From Capsulimonadaceae bacterium (GTDB lineage: Bacteria > Armatimonadota > Armatimonadia > Armatimonadales > Capsulimonadaceae), in assembly GCA_965215505.1 (NCBI GenBank), contig OZ244065.1:320001-384000 (forward strand): 64,000 nucleotides of DNA, given 5' to 3'. This document shows positions 19,911 through 28,017 of this stretch, piece after piece. Below the pieces are notes generated by a model. That model was not told the DNA's origin and ran no database searches. It saw only the letters and a list, made by a program, of their open reading frames with translations. Every line of letters starts with the position of its first letter. Position 1 is the stretch's first letter. The position numbers and the translations under genes are program-made.

Positions 19911-21415
19911 CGCGCGCCTTCTTTCGGCATCGGCATGGACATCGGCGCGGGGGCGTCAGCGGGGACGACGCCGAAGTTCAGCCGGACCATGCCGCCCGGC
20001 TGGACGTTGACCAAGCGGGACTGGCTGTTGCGCTCTTTGAAGCGGCGGTTGCGGGCGATGACGTAGCCGGGAACGCTCTGCATGTCCAGGGCGGCGGTGT
20101 GGTAGCCGGCCGTGACCGAGGCCAGCGAGAACAGGCCGTTCGCGTCGGCGACGATGCGCGTCGAGTCGTCCAGGATGACGACGGCATTGGGGACGCCCGG
20201 CTCGCCGGCCTGCTGCTCGCCGTCGCGGCTGCGGTCCACCCAGACGCGCCCCAGGAGGGTGCCGGTGTCGGTCAATAATCCCTGGCGCACTTGCAGGGTG
20301 AAGACGGCGGGGCCGTCGGAGATCGGAGTAGTCATCGTGGTCCCATGGGAGACGGTCAAGACGTCGGCGGTGACGACGGCGGAGTTTTTGCCGTCGCCGC
20401 GCAGGGCGTCCGGCGTGAGCTGGACGGCGTAAGCCAGGGTGAGCGCCTGGCCCGGCGGGAGCAGGAAGCCGCCCGCGTCAAGCACGGTCGTCGGCCCGCT
20501 CCTTGATACTGCGATGGGGACGCTCTTGCCCGACGCCGACGCCCGCACCGAGTCGGGGCGCAGGTCGAAGCCGAGCGGCGGCGTGTCTAATACCTGGATG
20601 TGTTCCAGCGGCAGGGTCGTCGGGTTCTGGACGAGGATGCGGTAGATGACGGTGTCGCCCGGCTCCGCCGTGCTGCGGTCCCCGCTCTTGCTGATCTGAA
20701 GCTCGTGCGCCTGGCAGTCGCTCAGGGTCAGGTTCAGCCCGGCCAGCCCCGGCCCGGTCGGCGCGGCCATCAGCATGGCGTGAGGCCCGGTGAGCGCGCC
20801 GCCCATGCCGTTCACCGGCTCGCCGTCGAGCGAGGCGGCCGTGTAGGCGATGCTCGTGCCGTCCCGCGCCCCCAGGGTGATGCGGATGCGCCGCTGGCGG
20901 TAGGCCGAGCCGGGGGGCGGGGTGAGGACCAGGATGTAGACGCGGCCCGCGTCGAGCTGGCCCCGGCTCGGGTCCAGCATCAGGCTGAAGCGGCCCTTGT
21001 CCGTGTCGGACAGCGCGAACGGGTTGGCGTTAAGGGTGTTAGGCGGGACGCCCGCAGGCACCCCCGCCTCAACGGACAGGGCGGTCGCGGTCAGCGCGAC
21101 GGCCCCCTTGACCTCGGCCCCCGTCGGGTCGGCGGGGTCCGGCTGGTACAGGCCGATGGTGAAGCCCGAGTAGGAGGGCAGGGGGGCACCGTCGCAGCCC
21201 ATCACCGTGCCGCGCGGGTCCACGAGCAGGGAGCGGGTGGTCATCCCGCCCATCGCCATGCCCCCCTTGCCGTCGCTGTAGGAGAAGGAAGTCTGGTTGG
21301 AGATCTGGCCCCGGTCCTGCGCCCGCGCGGCGGGCACAAGGACTGCCGGCAGGAGCGATCCCGCCAGGAGCAGGCCGGCCGCCCGGCGCCCTGATTGTCG
21401 CGCGTAGTTTCGCAT
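19907..21415 (-). CDS. Secreted DUF11 + SdrD-B-like adaptor protein
   Basis: Signal peptide from MRNYARQ; GQISNQTSFSY; complete DUF11 LQISKSGDRSTAEPGDTVIY...DTPPLG...KNSAVV; GRVWVDRSRDGEQQAGEPGVP. Alternative in-frame starts up to 21490 within the tandem repeat. Confidence 0.8.
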   Translation of the reverse strand: MRNYARQSGRRAAGLLLAGSLLPAVLVPAARAQDRGQISNQTSFSYSDGKGGMAMGGMTTRSLLVDPRGTVMGCDGAPLPSYSGFTIGLYQPDPADPTGAEVKGAVALTATALSVEAGVPAGVPPNTLNANPFALSDTDKGRFSLMLDPSRGQLDAGRVYILVLTPPPGSAYRQRRIRITLGARDGTSIAYTAASLDGEPVNGMGGALTGPHAMLMAAPTGPGLAGLNLTLSDCQAHELQISKSGDRSTAEPGDTVIYRILVQNPTTLPLEHIQVLDTPPLGFDLRPDSVRASASGKSVPIAVSRSGPTTVLDAGGFLLPPGQALTLAYAVQLTPDALRGDGKNSAVVTADVLTVSHGTTMTTPISDGPAVFTLQVRQGLLTDTGTLLGRVWVDRSRDGEQQAGEPGVPNAVVILDDSTRIVADANGLFSLASVTAGYHTAALDMQSVPGYVIARNRRFKERNSQSRLVNVQPGGMVRLNFGVVPADAPAPMSMPMPKEGAR

Positions 21416-21497
21416 CGTCAGCCTTCGCATCGTCAGCCTTCGCATCGTCAGCCTTCGCATCGTCAGCCTTCGCATCGTCAGCCTTCGCATCGTCAGC
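21409..21497. repeat. Perfect 15-bp tandem repeat, about 6 copies
   Basis: CGCATCGTCAGCCTT at 21411, 21426, 21441, 21456, 21471, plus a partial copy at 21486. Confidence 0.95.
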
Positions 21498-22005
21498 GGA
21501 CCCGCACCTGGTAGGTCACGGCCAGGGTCGTCTTCGCCGCCAGGGCGGGGAAGCGCCAGCGCAGGGCGGCGTAGGACTCGGGCGGGGCGGGGACAGTCCG
21601 GGCCGCGCCGTCCGCGCCGAGGACGGTCCGGGTGGGCTGTTCGGAGAACCGGTGCCCGTCCAGGCTGTAGGTGACCTGGGCAGGCCCCGCCGCGTCCCCT
21701 TCCGCCGAGCGGGAGACGTAGACGGTGCCGGCCGGGACCGGCTCGGTGACGACCAGGCCGGTGACGGGGGCCGCGCCCGTGTTCTCCGCCTGCATCCGGT
21801 AGCGCAGGAGGTCGCCCGGCTCGACCGGTCCGGTGTTCGCGCCGGCCACCGAGAGGCGCAGCAGGACGGGCGCGCTTTTCGGGGCGGGCGCGGCCCTCGG
21901 GCCGGCCGGCGCGGGGGCGGCGTGGCCGACGGACCAGGCACCCAGGGCGGCCAGTGGGGCGACAAGGACGGCCAGAAGGCCGAGGCGTGTATGCTGCTTT
22001 ATCAT
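21493..22005 (-). CDS. Small secreted single-DUF11-domain protein
   Basis: Signal peptide; VEPGDLLRYRM...N.G...VTEPVPAGTVYV...YSLDG..FS..P...YAALRW...YQVRVR. Confidence 0.8.
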   Translation of the reverse strand: MIKQHTRLGLLAVLVAPLAALGAWSVGHAAPAPAGPRAAPAPKSAPVLLRLSVAGANTGPVEPGDLLRYRMQAENTGAAPVTGLVVTEPVPAGTVYVSRSAEGDAAGPAQVTYSLDGHRFSEQPTRTVLGADGAARTVPAPPESYAALRWRFPALAAKTTLAVTYQVRVR

Positions 22006-22014
22006 GGGAACCTA

Positions 22015-24396
22015 CTAGTTGATCCTGCGCCGGAAGGTGAAGGTGCGGGGCGTGCCTGGGGCGAGGCTGCCCGAGATGGTGTCCACATACTTGGTGACGT
22101 CCGTGGCCGCCGTCGTCCCCGACCGGTCCGTGCCGGGGGCGGGCGGGCCGCCGTTGTAGAAGGTGATGACGCCGCCGCCCGAGTCTACGGCGGAGCCGAG
22201 GACGTTGCTGGTGTCCAGGATGCCGTTGCCGTCCTGGTCCAGTGCCCAGTTGTTGCCGCCCGCCGTGCCGTCCTCGATGATGACGGCGCTGCCGGCGTTC
22301 AGGACCGTACTCCCCGTCCCGGCGGGCGCGGAGGAGACGTTGGTGTAGGTGATCTTGTAGTCAATATAGCGGCCCGGCTGGATGTTGGCCGAGGACGGCC
22401 CGGCGCTGTAGTCCTGGATGACCGTCGTGCCGTCGGCGGCCACGATGCGGGCGCTCTTGGTCACCTGGAGGAAGCCGGTATACAGCCGGTCTATGGTCAT
22501 GTTACTCGGCTCCCCTGGGTCCGGCACGCCGTTGCCGTTGGCGTCCACGTTCGCCAGGATGGGGACCGGGAAGCCTTTGCTGGTGTCCGTCGAGAGCGGC
22601 GTGTTGGCGGGGAGCTGGACCGTCGCCGTGTAGCTGAGGGTCGCACCCGCCGCCATGCTCGGGATAGAGATCGCCGTCCCGCTCGCCAAAGCCCAGTGCG
22701 CGCCGTCATAGCCGTAGACGGCGCTCGCCCCGCCGTAGGCCAGCGTGAGGTGCGTCCCGACGGGCAGGTCGGCGGCGGCCCCGCCGGGGATGGCGGCGGG
22801 CGGCTGCGGCAGGAGGAGCGTGTTGCCGCTGATCGGGGCCGCGCCGGGGTTTTGCAAAGTGTTGGTGAACGTGACGGCGGCGGGCGTGATCAGGGTGCCC
22901 GGCGGGGTTCCGGGGGGGACCGGGGTGGACAGATTCGAGAAGTCGTCGTTGCTGCCGTTCGGCCCGGTCGCGCCGGGCTGGCCGTTCGGCCCGTTCATCA
23001 CGACGCCCGCGGGCGAGACGGTGTAGACGTTGTCCTCGCCGCCCGGCCCGGTCCCGGTGTCGTTGTTGCCCGCGTCCGTCCCGTCCGTGCCGGGGGCGGC
23101 GACGCCGTTCGTCGGCGTGCTTCCGCCCCGGCTGCCGTCGTCGTTGAAGAGGCTCGGCGACTGGTCACCGGACTCGTCATACACAAGCGCGTTCGTGGCG
23201 TCGCCCGAGGTCTGCCCGAAGAGCTGGGCGATGTTGTTCACCGGGGTGGGGGCGGTCGCGCTGGCCCCGGTGGTCGTGACCGTGTAGGCGAAGCCGGTCA
23301 GCGTCGTCCCCCGGGTGACCGGGCCGGGGGCGATGAAGCCGACGCGGGTGACGGTGGTCAGGTCGGTCGGCGCGGCCGTCGTCCAGGCGGCGCTCTCGGC
23401 GACCGTGCTGGTCGGCGTGGTCGTATAAACGACGGTCCAGCCGGAGGGGGCGGTTGGCGTGCCGGTCAGGGTCGTCCCGGCCGGGATGGCGTTCGCGATC
23501 AGGACGCTGGGCGCGGACGCGCCGTTGACGGTCAGGGGGGCGGCGGCGAGGTCGGCGGCGGCCAGGGCGTGGGAGGCACCCGCGCCGGTCGGGACGCTGT
23601 TGTTGACGTTCAGGCCCAGGCCGTAGGTGAGGGTGTCGGCGGCGGGGACCGCGCCCTGGGCGAAGCCGGTCCGGGTCAGCAGCAGGACGGCCAACGCCTG
23701 CGGCTGCGTCCCGACGGTGCCGTTCTGGAAGGCGCTGGCCTCGCGCAGCCCGTTCTGGGCCGTGGTGGAATTCGTGTGGACGTCGGCGGCAGACGGGGTG
23801 GGGTCGGCGATGTTCTGGGTGTCGGTGTTGTTGTCGTTCGCGCCCGTGTCGCCGAGCAGCACCTTGATGACGTCGCCGGTCGCCGCCGAAGCCGCAACGG
23901 TGATGGGGACGCGCACCAGGACGGTTCCGTTCGCCGGGATGGCGGACGTGGCGACCCCGCCCGCCGGGATGTTGGTGAAGTGCGCGCCCCCGTCGGTACT
24001 ATACTGGAGCGCGCCCGCCGTGCCGGGGCCGGTGACGGTCGCCGCGCCGGGCAGGGTGATGGCGTTCGCGCCGTTGCCGATGTTGGTGACGGTGAAGTCG
24101 TAGTTCACCGTGTCGCCGGGCAGAATGTTGTTCGCGTGGCCGGGCGTCGTGTCGGTGACGGCCGCGCCGCCGGCCGAGAGGCCGGCGACCTCGGCGACCG
24201 TCACCGAGACGGTGTTGGAGGTCGCGTTGAGGGCCTGGCCCGCGTTGTTGGGGTCGTTGTAGGTGGCGGACGCGGTGTTGCTGATCGCCGTGCCCGCCGC
24301 CGTGCCCGCCGCCCGCGCCGGGCCGCCGTCCGTCAGGGTGCCTTCAAAGACCCCCCCGAACAGGACCGTCGCGAGGAGCAATCTGCGTGTCTGCAT
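22015..24396 (-). CDS. Secreted DUF11-type protein, putative major fibre subunit A
   Basis: Signal peptide ...PARA; AGTAAGTAISNTASATY; ILPGDTVNYDFTVTNIGN; C-terminal LQVTKS...QPGRYIDYKITYTN...LAPG...TFTFRRRIN; first gene of the operon. Confidence 0.8.
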   Translation of the reverse strand: MQTRRLLLATVLFGGVFEGTLTDGGPARAAGTAAGTAISNTASATYNDPNNAGQALNATSNTVSVTVAEVAGLSAGGAAVTDTTPGHANNILPGDTVNYDFTVTNIGNGANAITLPGAATVTGPGTAGALQYSTDGGAHFTNIPAGGVATSAIPANGTVLVRVPITVAASAATGDVIKVLLGDTGANDNNTDTQNIADPTPSAADVHTNSTTAQNGLREASAFQNGTVGTQPQALAVLLLTRTGFAQGAVPAADTLTYGLGLNVNNSVPTGAGASHALAAADLAAAPLTVNGASAPSVLIANAIPAGTTLTGTPTAPSGWTVVYTTTPTSTVAESAAWTTAAPTDLTTVTRVGFIAPGPVTRGTTLTGFAYTVTTTGASATAPTPVNNIAQLFGQTSGDATNALVYDESGDQSPSLFNDDGSRGGSTPTNGVAAPGTDGTDAGNNDTGTGPGGEDNVYTVSPAGVVMNGPNGQPGATGPNGSNDDFSNLSTPVPPGTPPGTLITPAAVTFTNTLQNPGAAPISGNTLLLPQPPAAIPGGAAADLPVGTHLTLAYGGASAVYGYDGAHWALASGTAISIPSMAAGATLSYTATVQLPANTPLSTDTSKGFPVPILANVDANGNGVPDPGEPSNMTIDRLYTGFLQVTKSARIVAADGTTVIQDYSAGPSSANIQPGRYIDYKITYTNVSSAPAGTGSTVLNAGSAVIIEDGTAGGNNWALDQDGNGILDTSNVLGSAVDSGGGVITFYNGGPPAPGTDRSGTTAATDVTKYVDTISGSLAPGTPRTFTFRRRIN

Positions 24397-24502
24397 GTCG
24401 TGCCTTCCGTTGCCGAATGGGAAAATGGCTGGGTGCTTGTGGCGTAGTCCGGGAGGATGACATCATGCCGCCCTGCTCCTGTCAAAACTACTGCTGGCAT
24501 AT

Positions 24503-24530
24503 TTATCGGGGCCGGGGGCAGGAAACTTTA
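24503..24530 (-). promoter_or_regulatory. sigma28 (FliA/SigD-like) promoter upstream of DUF11 module A
   Basis: Minus strand TAAAGTTT-N12-CCCGATAA. Confidence 0.65.
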
Positions 24531-24621
24531 GGGGGAAGCGGGAACTCCCATAGCTGTGCGGCCATCGCGCAGTGCCTGGCCCCGGAGCCTTGGGGGTGCA
24601 TCACATGAAAGGGGCGAAACC

Positions 24622-25755
24622 ATGAAAAGCACGACCGGGCCGCTGGCCGCAAGCGTAGAACCATTCGTGGATGACCAGGTGATCGCAGGCGCGGTGCTGC
24701 TGGTGGGGGATAAAGACGGGGCCTCAGAGATCGAGACGCTGGGCTATGCGGACATCGCCGCGCAAAAGCCGATGCAGCGTGACACGCTGTTTTGGATCGC
24801 CTCCAACAGCAAGCAGATGACGGCGGCGGCCTTGATGCTGCTGGCGGACGAGGGGGAGATTGCGCTCGGCGACCCCGTTTCGCAGCACCTGCCGGAGTTC
24901 CAAGGGCAGATGTTCGTCGCCGAGGCGGATGACGAACACAAACTGCTCCGCAGGCCGACCCGCCCGCTTACGGTGCGCGACCTCCTCGCCCACACCGGCG
25001 GCGTCCTGCCCTGGTTCCACGACGGCCGGCTGAACGCCGGCTCGCTGCGCGAGCGGAGTTTGGCTTGCGCGCTGACGCCGCTGCGCTTTGAGCCGGGAAC
25101 GCGGTGGGAGTACGGCAACGGCGGCTTCGAGGTGGCCGGGCGGCTCATCGAGGTCCTGAGCGGCCTGCCTTACGATGCATTCCTACAGGCCCGCCTGTTC
25201 GACCCGCTGGGCATGGCCGACACGACCTTCTGGCCCTCCGACGAACAGCTCGGGCGGCTGGCGACGCCCCACGCGCCCGGCCCGGACGGGACGGGCCTGG
25301 CGGCGGCTGCCCTGCCGTTCACCTACCCCCTGTCCGGACTCTCCGGGTCGCCAAGCCCCGGCGGGGGCCTGTTCTCCACGGCCGGCGACTGCTACCGGTT
25401 CTGCCGCATGGTCGCCGGGGGCGGCGTGTTCGAGGGGAACCGCCTCTTGACCGAAGGCTCGGTCCGCGCGATGACGACGACTCAGACCGGCGACCTGCCC
25501 GGCCCGCCGGGCGGCGCGGGCGGCTACGGCCTGGGCTGGAACACCGCAAGCCGGGACCACGGCGGGCCGTGGCCGGAGGGGATCGGCCCGTTCCATCACG
25601 GGGGCGCGCACGGCACCAGCCAATGGGTTGACCCGCAGCGAGACCAGATCCGCGTCTTCCTGATCGCCCAGGCGGGCTGGGCACCGGGCGCGGACAGCGG
25701 CCGCCCCGTGCAGGCGTTCTGGGAGGCGTGCGACCGGACCGGGAAGCCGCTTTAA
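24622..25755 (+). CDS. Serine hydrolase, beta-lactamase (class C/esterase) family
   Basis: FWIASNSK (SxxK), LLAHTGG, FEPGTRWEYGN, LFDPLGM, GGGLFST, HGGAHGT. Confidence 0.85.
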   Translation: MKSTTGPLAASVEPFVDDQVIAGAVLLVGDKDGASEIETLGYADIAAQKPMQRDTLFWIASNSKQMTAAALMLLADEGEIALGDPVSQHLPEFQGQMFVAEADDEHKLLRRPTRPLTVRDLLAHTGGVLPWFHDGRLNAGSLRERSLACALTPLRFEPGTRWEYGNGGFEVAGRLIEVLSGLPYDAFLQARLFDPLGMADTTFWPSDEQLGRLATPHAPGPDGTGLAAAALPFTYPLSGLSGSPSPGGGLFSTAGDCYRFCRMVAGGGVFEGNRLLTEGSVRAMTTTQTGDLPGPPGGAGGYGLGWNTASRDHGGPWPEGIGPFHHGGAHGTSQWVDPQRDQIRVFLIAQAGWAPGADSGRPVQAFWEACDRTGKPL

Positions 25756-25848
25756 CCGAGTGGCAGGCCCGTTTACCTCGCGCGTGGGTGAAGGAATAAG
25801 AGCCAGTCGGGGGCGAAGATCGCCCCCGGCTGGAAGGAATCAGCACCC

Positions 25849-26649
25849 ATGAGCGATACAACGACAAAGCCGCTCGCCGTCGTGACCGGCGGCTCCAACG
25901 GCATCGGCTACGAACTCGCCAAGCAGTTCGCCCAGAACGGATTTGACCTCATCATCGCCGCCGAGCCGGACGGCTTGGCCCAGGCCGCCCAGAGCCTCCA
26001 GGGCCTGGGTGCGTCGGTCACGCCGGTAGCCACAGACCTCGCCGACCACGAGGGCGTCCACGTCCTTTACGACAAGATCAAGGCATCGGGCCGCCCCGTG
26101 GACGCCATCGCCATCAATGCGGGCGTGGGGGTCGGCGGCGACTTCCGCGAAACCGATCTGGCAGAGGAGATCAACATGATCAACCTCAACTGCATCTCGA
26201 CGGTCCACCTCGCCAAGCACATGGCCCAGGACATGACCGCGCGGGGCAGCGGGCGCATCCTGTTCACGGCCTCCGTCGCGAGCCTGATGCCCGCGCCGTT
26301 TGAAGCGGTCTACGGGGCGACCAAGGCGTTCGTTTTCTCATTTTCCGAGGCCCTGCGGAACGAGCTGAAGGATACGGGCGTCACGGTGACGGCGCTCCTG
26401 CCCGGCCCGACGGAGACGAACTTCTTCCACCGCGCGGACATGGACGACACGATGGTGGGCGGTGCCAAGAAGGACGACCCTGCGGACGTTGCAAAGGACG
26501 GTTTCGAGGCGCTGATGGCGGGCAAAGACAAGGTCATCGCGGGCAGCCTCAAGACCAAGGTGCAGGGCGTCATCAGCGAGCTGATCCCGCCGACCGCCTC
26601 AGCGGAGATGCACCGCAAGATGTCGGAGCCGGGTTCGGGGGAGAAATAG
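25849..26649 (+). CDS. Short-chain dehydrogenase/reductase
   Basis: TGGSNGIG, NAG, YGATK. Confidence 0.9.
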   Translation: MSDTTTKPLAVVTGGSNGIGYELAKQFAQNGFDLIIAAEPDGLAQAAQSLQGLGASVTPVATDLADHEGVHVLYDKIKASGRPVDAIAINAGVGVGGDFRETDLAEEINMINLNCISTVHLAKHMAQDMTARGSGRILFTASVASLMPAPFEAVYGATKAFVFSFSEALRNELKDTGVTVTALLPGPTETNFFHRADMDDTMVGGAKKDDPADVAKDGFEALMAGKDKVIAGSLKTKVQGVISELIPPTASAEMHRKMSEPGSGEK

Positions 26650-26707
26650 GCGCGCGTAGCCGGTGTGTCCCGGCCCCTCGGGGCTTCGGATGGCATCCCC
26701 TGGCCGC

Positions 26708-26732
26708 GTAGGGGCGCGATTCATCGCGCCCT
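26708..26732 (+). repeat. GTAG-type REP hairpin (family A)
   Basis: GTAGGGGCGCGATTCATCGCGCCCT, between convergent genes. Confidence 0.7.
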
Positions 26733-26771
26733 TTTCTCCCGTCCGCGCCCTCTTCTCCTGCCCGTGGCACG

Positions 26772-27695
26772 TCACCGCCCGGCGTCTGGCGGCGCACGGT
26801 CCGCCGCCGACTCGGGCCGGGCCGCCCCACGCCTGGCCGCCGCCAGGGCCGCCTTGAACCGCGCCACGCCGCTCAGATTGACGGCCTGCTGCCCCGTGCT
26901 GATCGCCGCGCCCCCGTCTCCCGTTGCCCCGGCCCCGCCGGTTGCCCCGGCCACCGCCCGCAGCACCGTCCCGAAAACCGTTCCCGTGACGCTCACCCCC
27001 CGCCTCGCGCCCCGGTCCGAGAAGGTGGGCCTTCCGGTAGTCCTCTCCGGGGTCCGGTCCGGGGAAGCCGAAGGCAGAACGGGCCTCGCGCGCGTCTGAG
27101 TTATTTCCTGCGTCTTCTCTGAGATGATCTCTGAAGTAGTTTGCGCGATCCCCGCAAACTGGCTTGCAGGAAACGCGCGAACAAGTGTTCGCGTTCCGCG
27201 CACTCCTGCTTGCGATAATGAAGTGCCCAGAGCCGCCGCGACCGCCGCCGCCTGCGCCTGAAGGTGCGCCCACAGCAGGCGCAGCACGGCGGCCATGTCC
27301 AGCCGGAAGTGGAGGGTGGCCGGAATGCCGCACAGCTTCTCCTCCAGCACGCCCTGCGCGCAAAGCCGCCGCCGGGCCGTCGCGGTCTCGGCGCGTGACA
27401 GGCCGGTCTCCTCGGTGATCTCGCGCTGCGCCTTCCAGAACCAGCCACTGGTGCGCGCCTGGACGGTAGGTGTGCCGGTCCAAAACCAGAACTGGGACAG
27501 GAGGACGCCGCAGGCCGCGCCGCCGAACAGCCGGGTAAAACAGGGGCGGAGGGCGACGACGCGGCCCGACCCGAGCAGGGCGTCGAGGGCGCGCAAAGCC
27601 TCCGGCGGCAGGGCCTCGGGCGTAGGCGTGGGGGCATCCGCCGGGGAGGCGGGGCGAGACTCGGGGGGCTGAGACGCGGGAGCGGACTGGAACAC
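26772..27695 (-). CDS. Hypothetical protein with phage replication-initiator-like winged-HTH N-terminal domain
   Basis: GVLLSQFWFW...GWFWKAQREITEETGLSRAETATARRRL...GVLEEKLCGIPATLHFRLD; low-complexity C-terminus. Confidence 0.6.
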   Translation of the reverse strand: MFQSAPASQPPESRPASPADAPTPTPEALPPEALRALDALLGSGRVVALRPCFTRLFGGAACGVLLSQFWFWTGTPTVQARTSGWFWKAQREITEETGLSRAETATARRRLCAQGVLEEKLCGIPATLHFRLDMAAVLRLLWAHLQAQAAAVAAALGTSLSQAGVRGTRTLVRAFPASQFAGIAQTTSEIISEKTQEITQTRARPVLPSASPDRTPERTTGRPTFSDRGARRGVSVTGTVFGTVLRAVAGATGGAGATGDGGAAISTGQQAVNLSGVARFKAALAAARRGAARPESAADRAPPDAGR

Positions 27696-27892
27696 GGTGC
27701 GGACCCTCCTTGAAGCGCAGGCATGAAGCGCAGGCGAGTCCAGTATGGCAGGTTTGCGGGGTGTTTGTCTACTATCTGTCTACTATTCAGAAAATAAAAG
27801 GCAAATCAGGCAGCCACAGGGCTGGTCGCGGGAGTACCGGGTCGCCGTGCGGCCTAAGCGGCGGGGTCAGGGGCGGCATGGCGGGAACCAGG

Positions 27893-27978
27893 AGGGCGCG
27901 GCAAGCAGCGCCCCTACGGGCGTTCCCCAACCGCGCAGCGGTTTTCATTCCAGAGTAGCCCGGCCATTCATGGCCGGG
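27893..27978. repeat. Adjacent REP hairpins, family A (27893-27917) and family C (27931-27978)
   Basis: AGGGCGCGGCAAGCAGCGCCCCTAC followed by ...CATTCCAGAGTAGCCCGGCCATTCATGGCCGG; same order at 32296-32397. Confidence 0.7.
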
Positions 27979-28017
27979 AACGTGCGCGCCGGGCCTGATC
28001 TGCCGCGCCGGGAGCCG

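Noticed and set aside
21409-21497. Possible CRISPR array
   Set aside because: Units are 15 bp and contiguous with no spacers; no cas genes.
14173-24447. Long plus-strand ORFs (14173-16470, 17430-19823, 21652-24447) and similar ones at 36689-38464, 39366-41684 and 51355-53289
   Set aside because: Antisense shadows of well-supported genes in GC-rich DNA; Arg/Gly/Ala-rich with no motifs.
26700-28000. Prophage or integrated element
   Set aside because: Only one phage-like gene; no integrase, att sites or structural genes.
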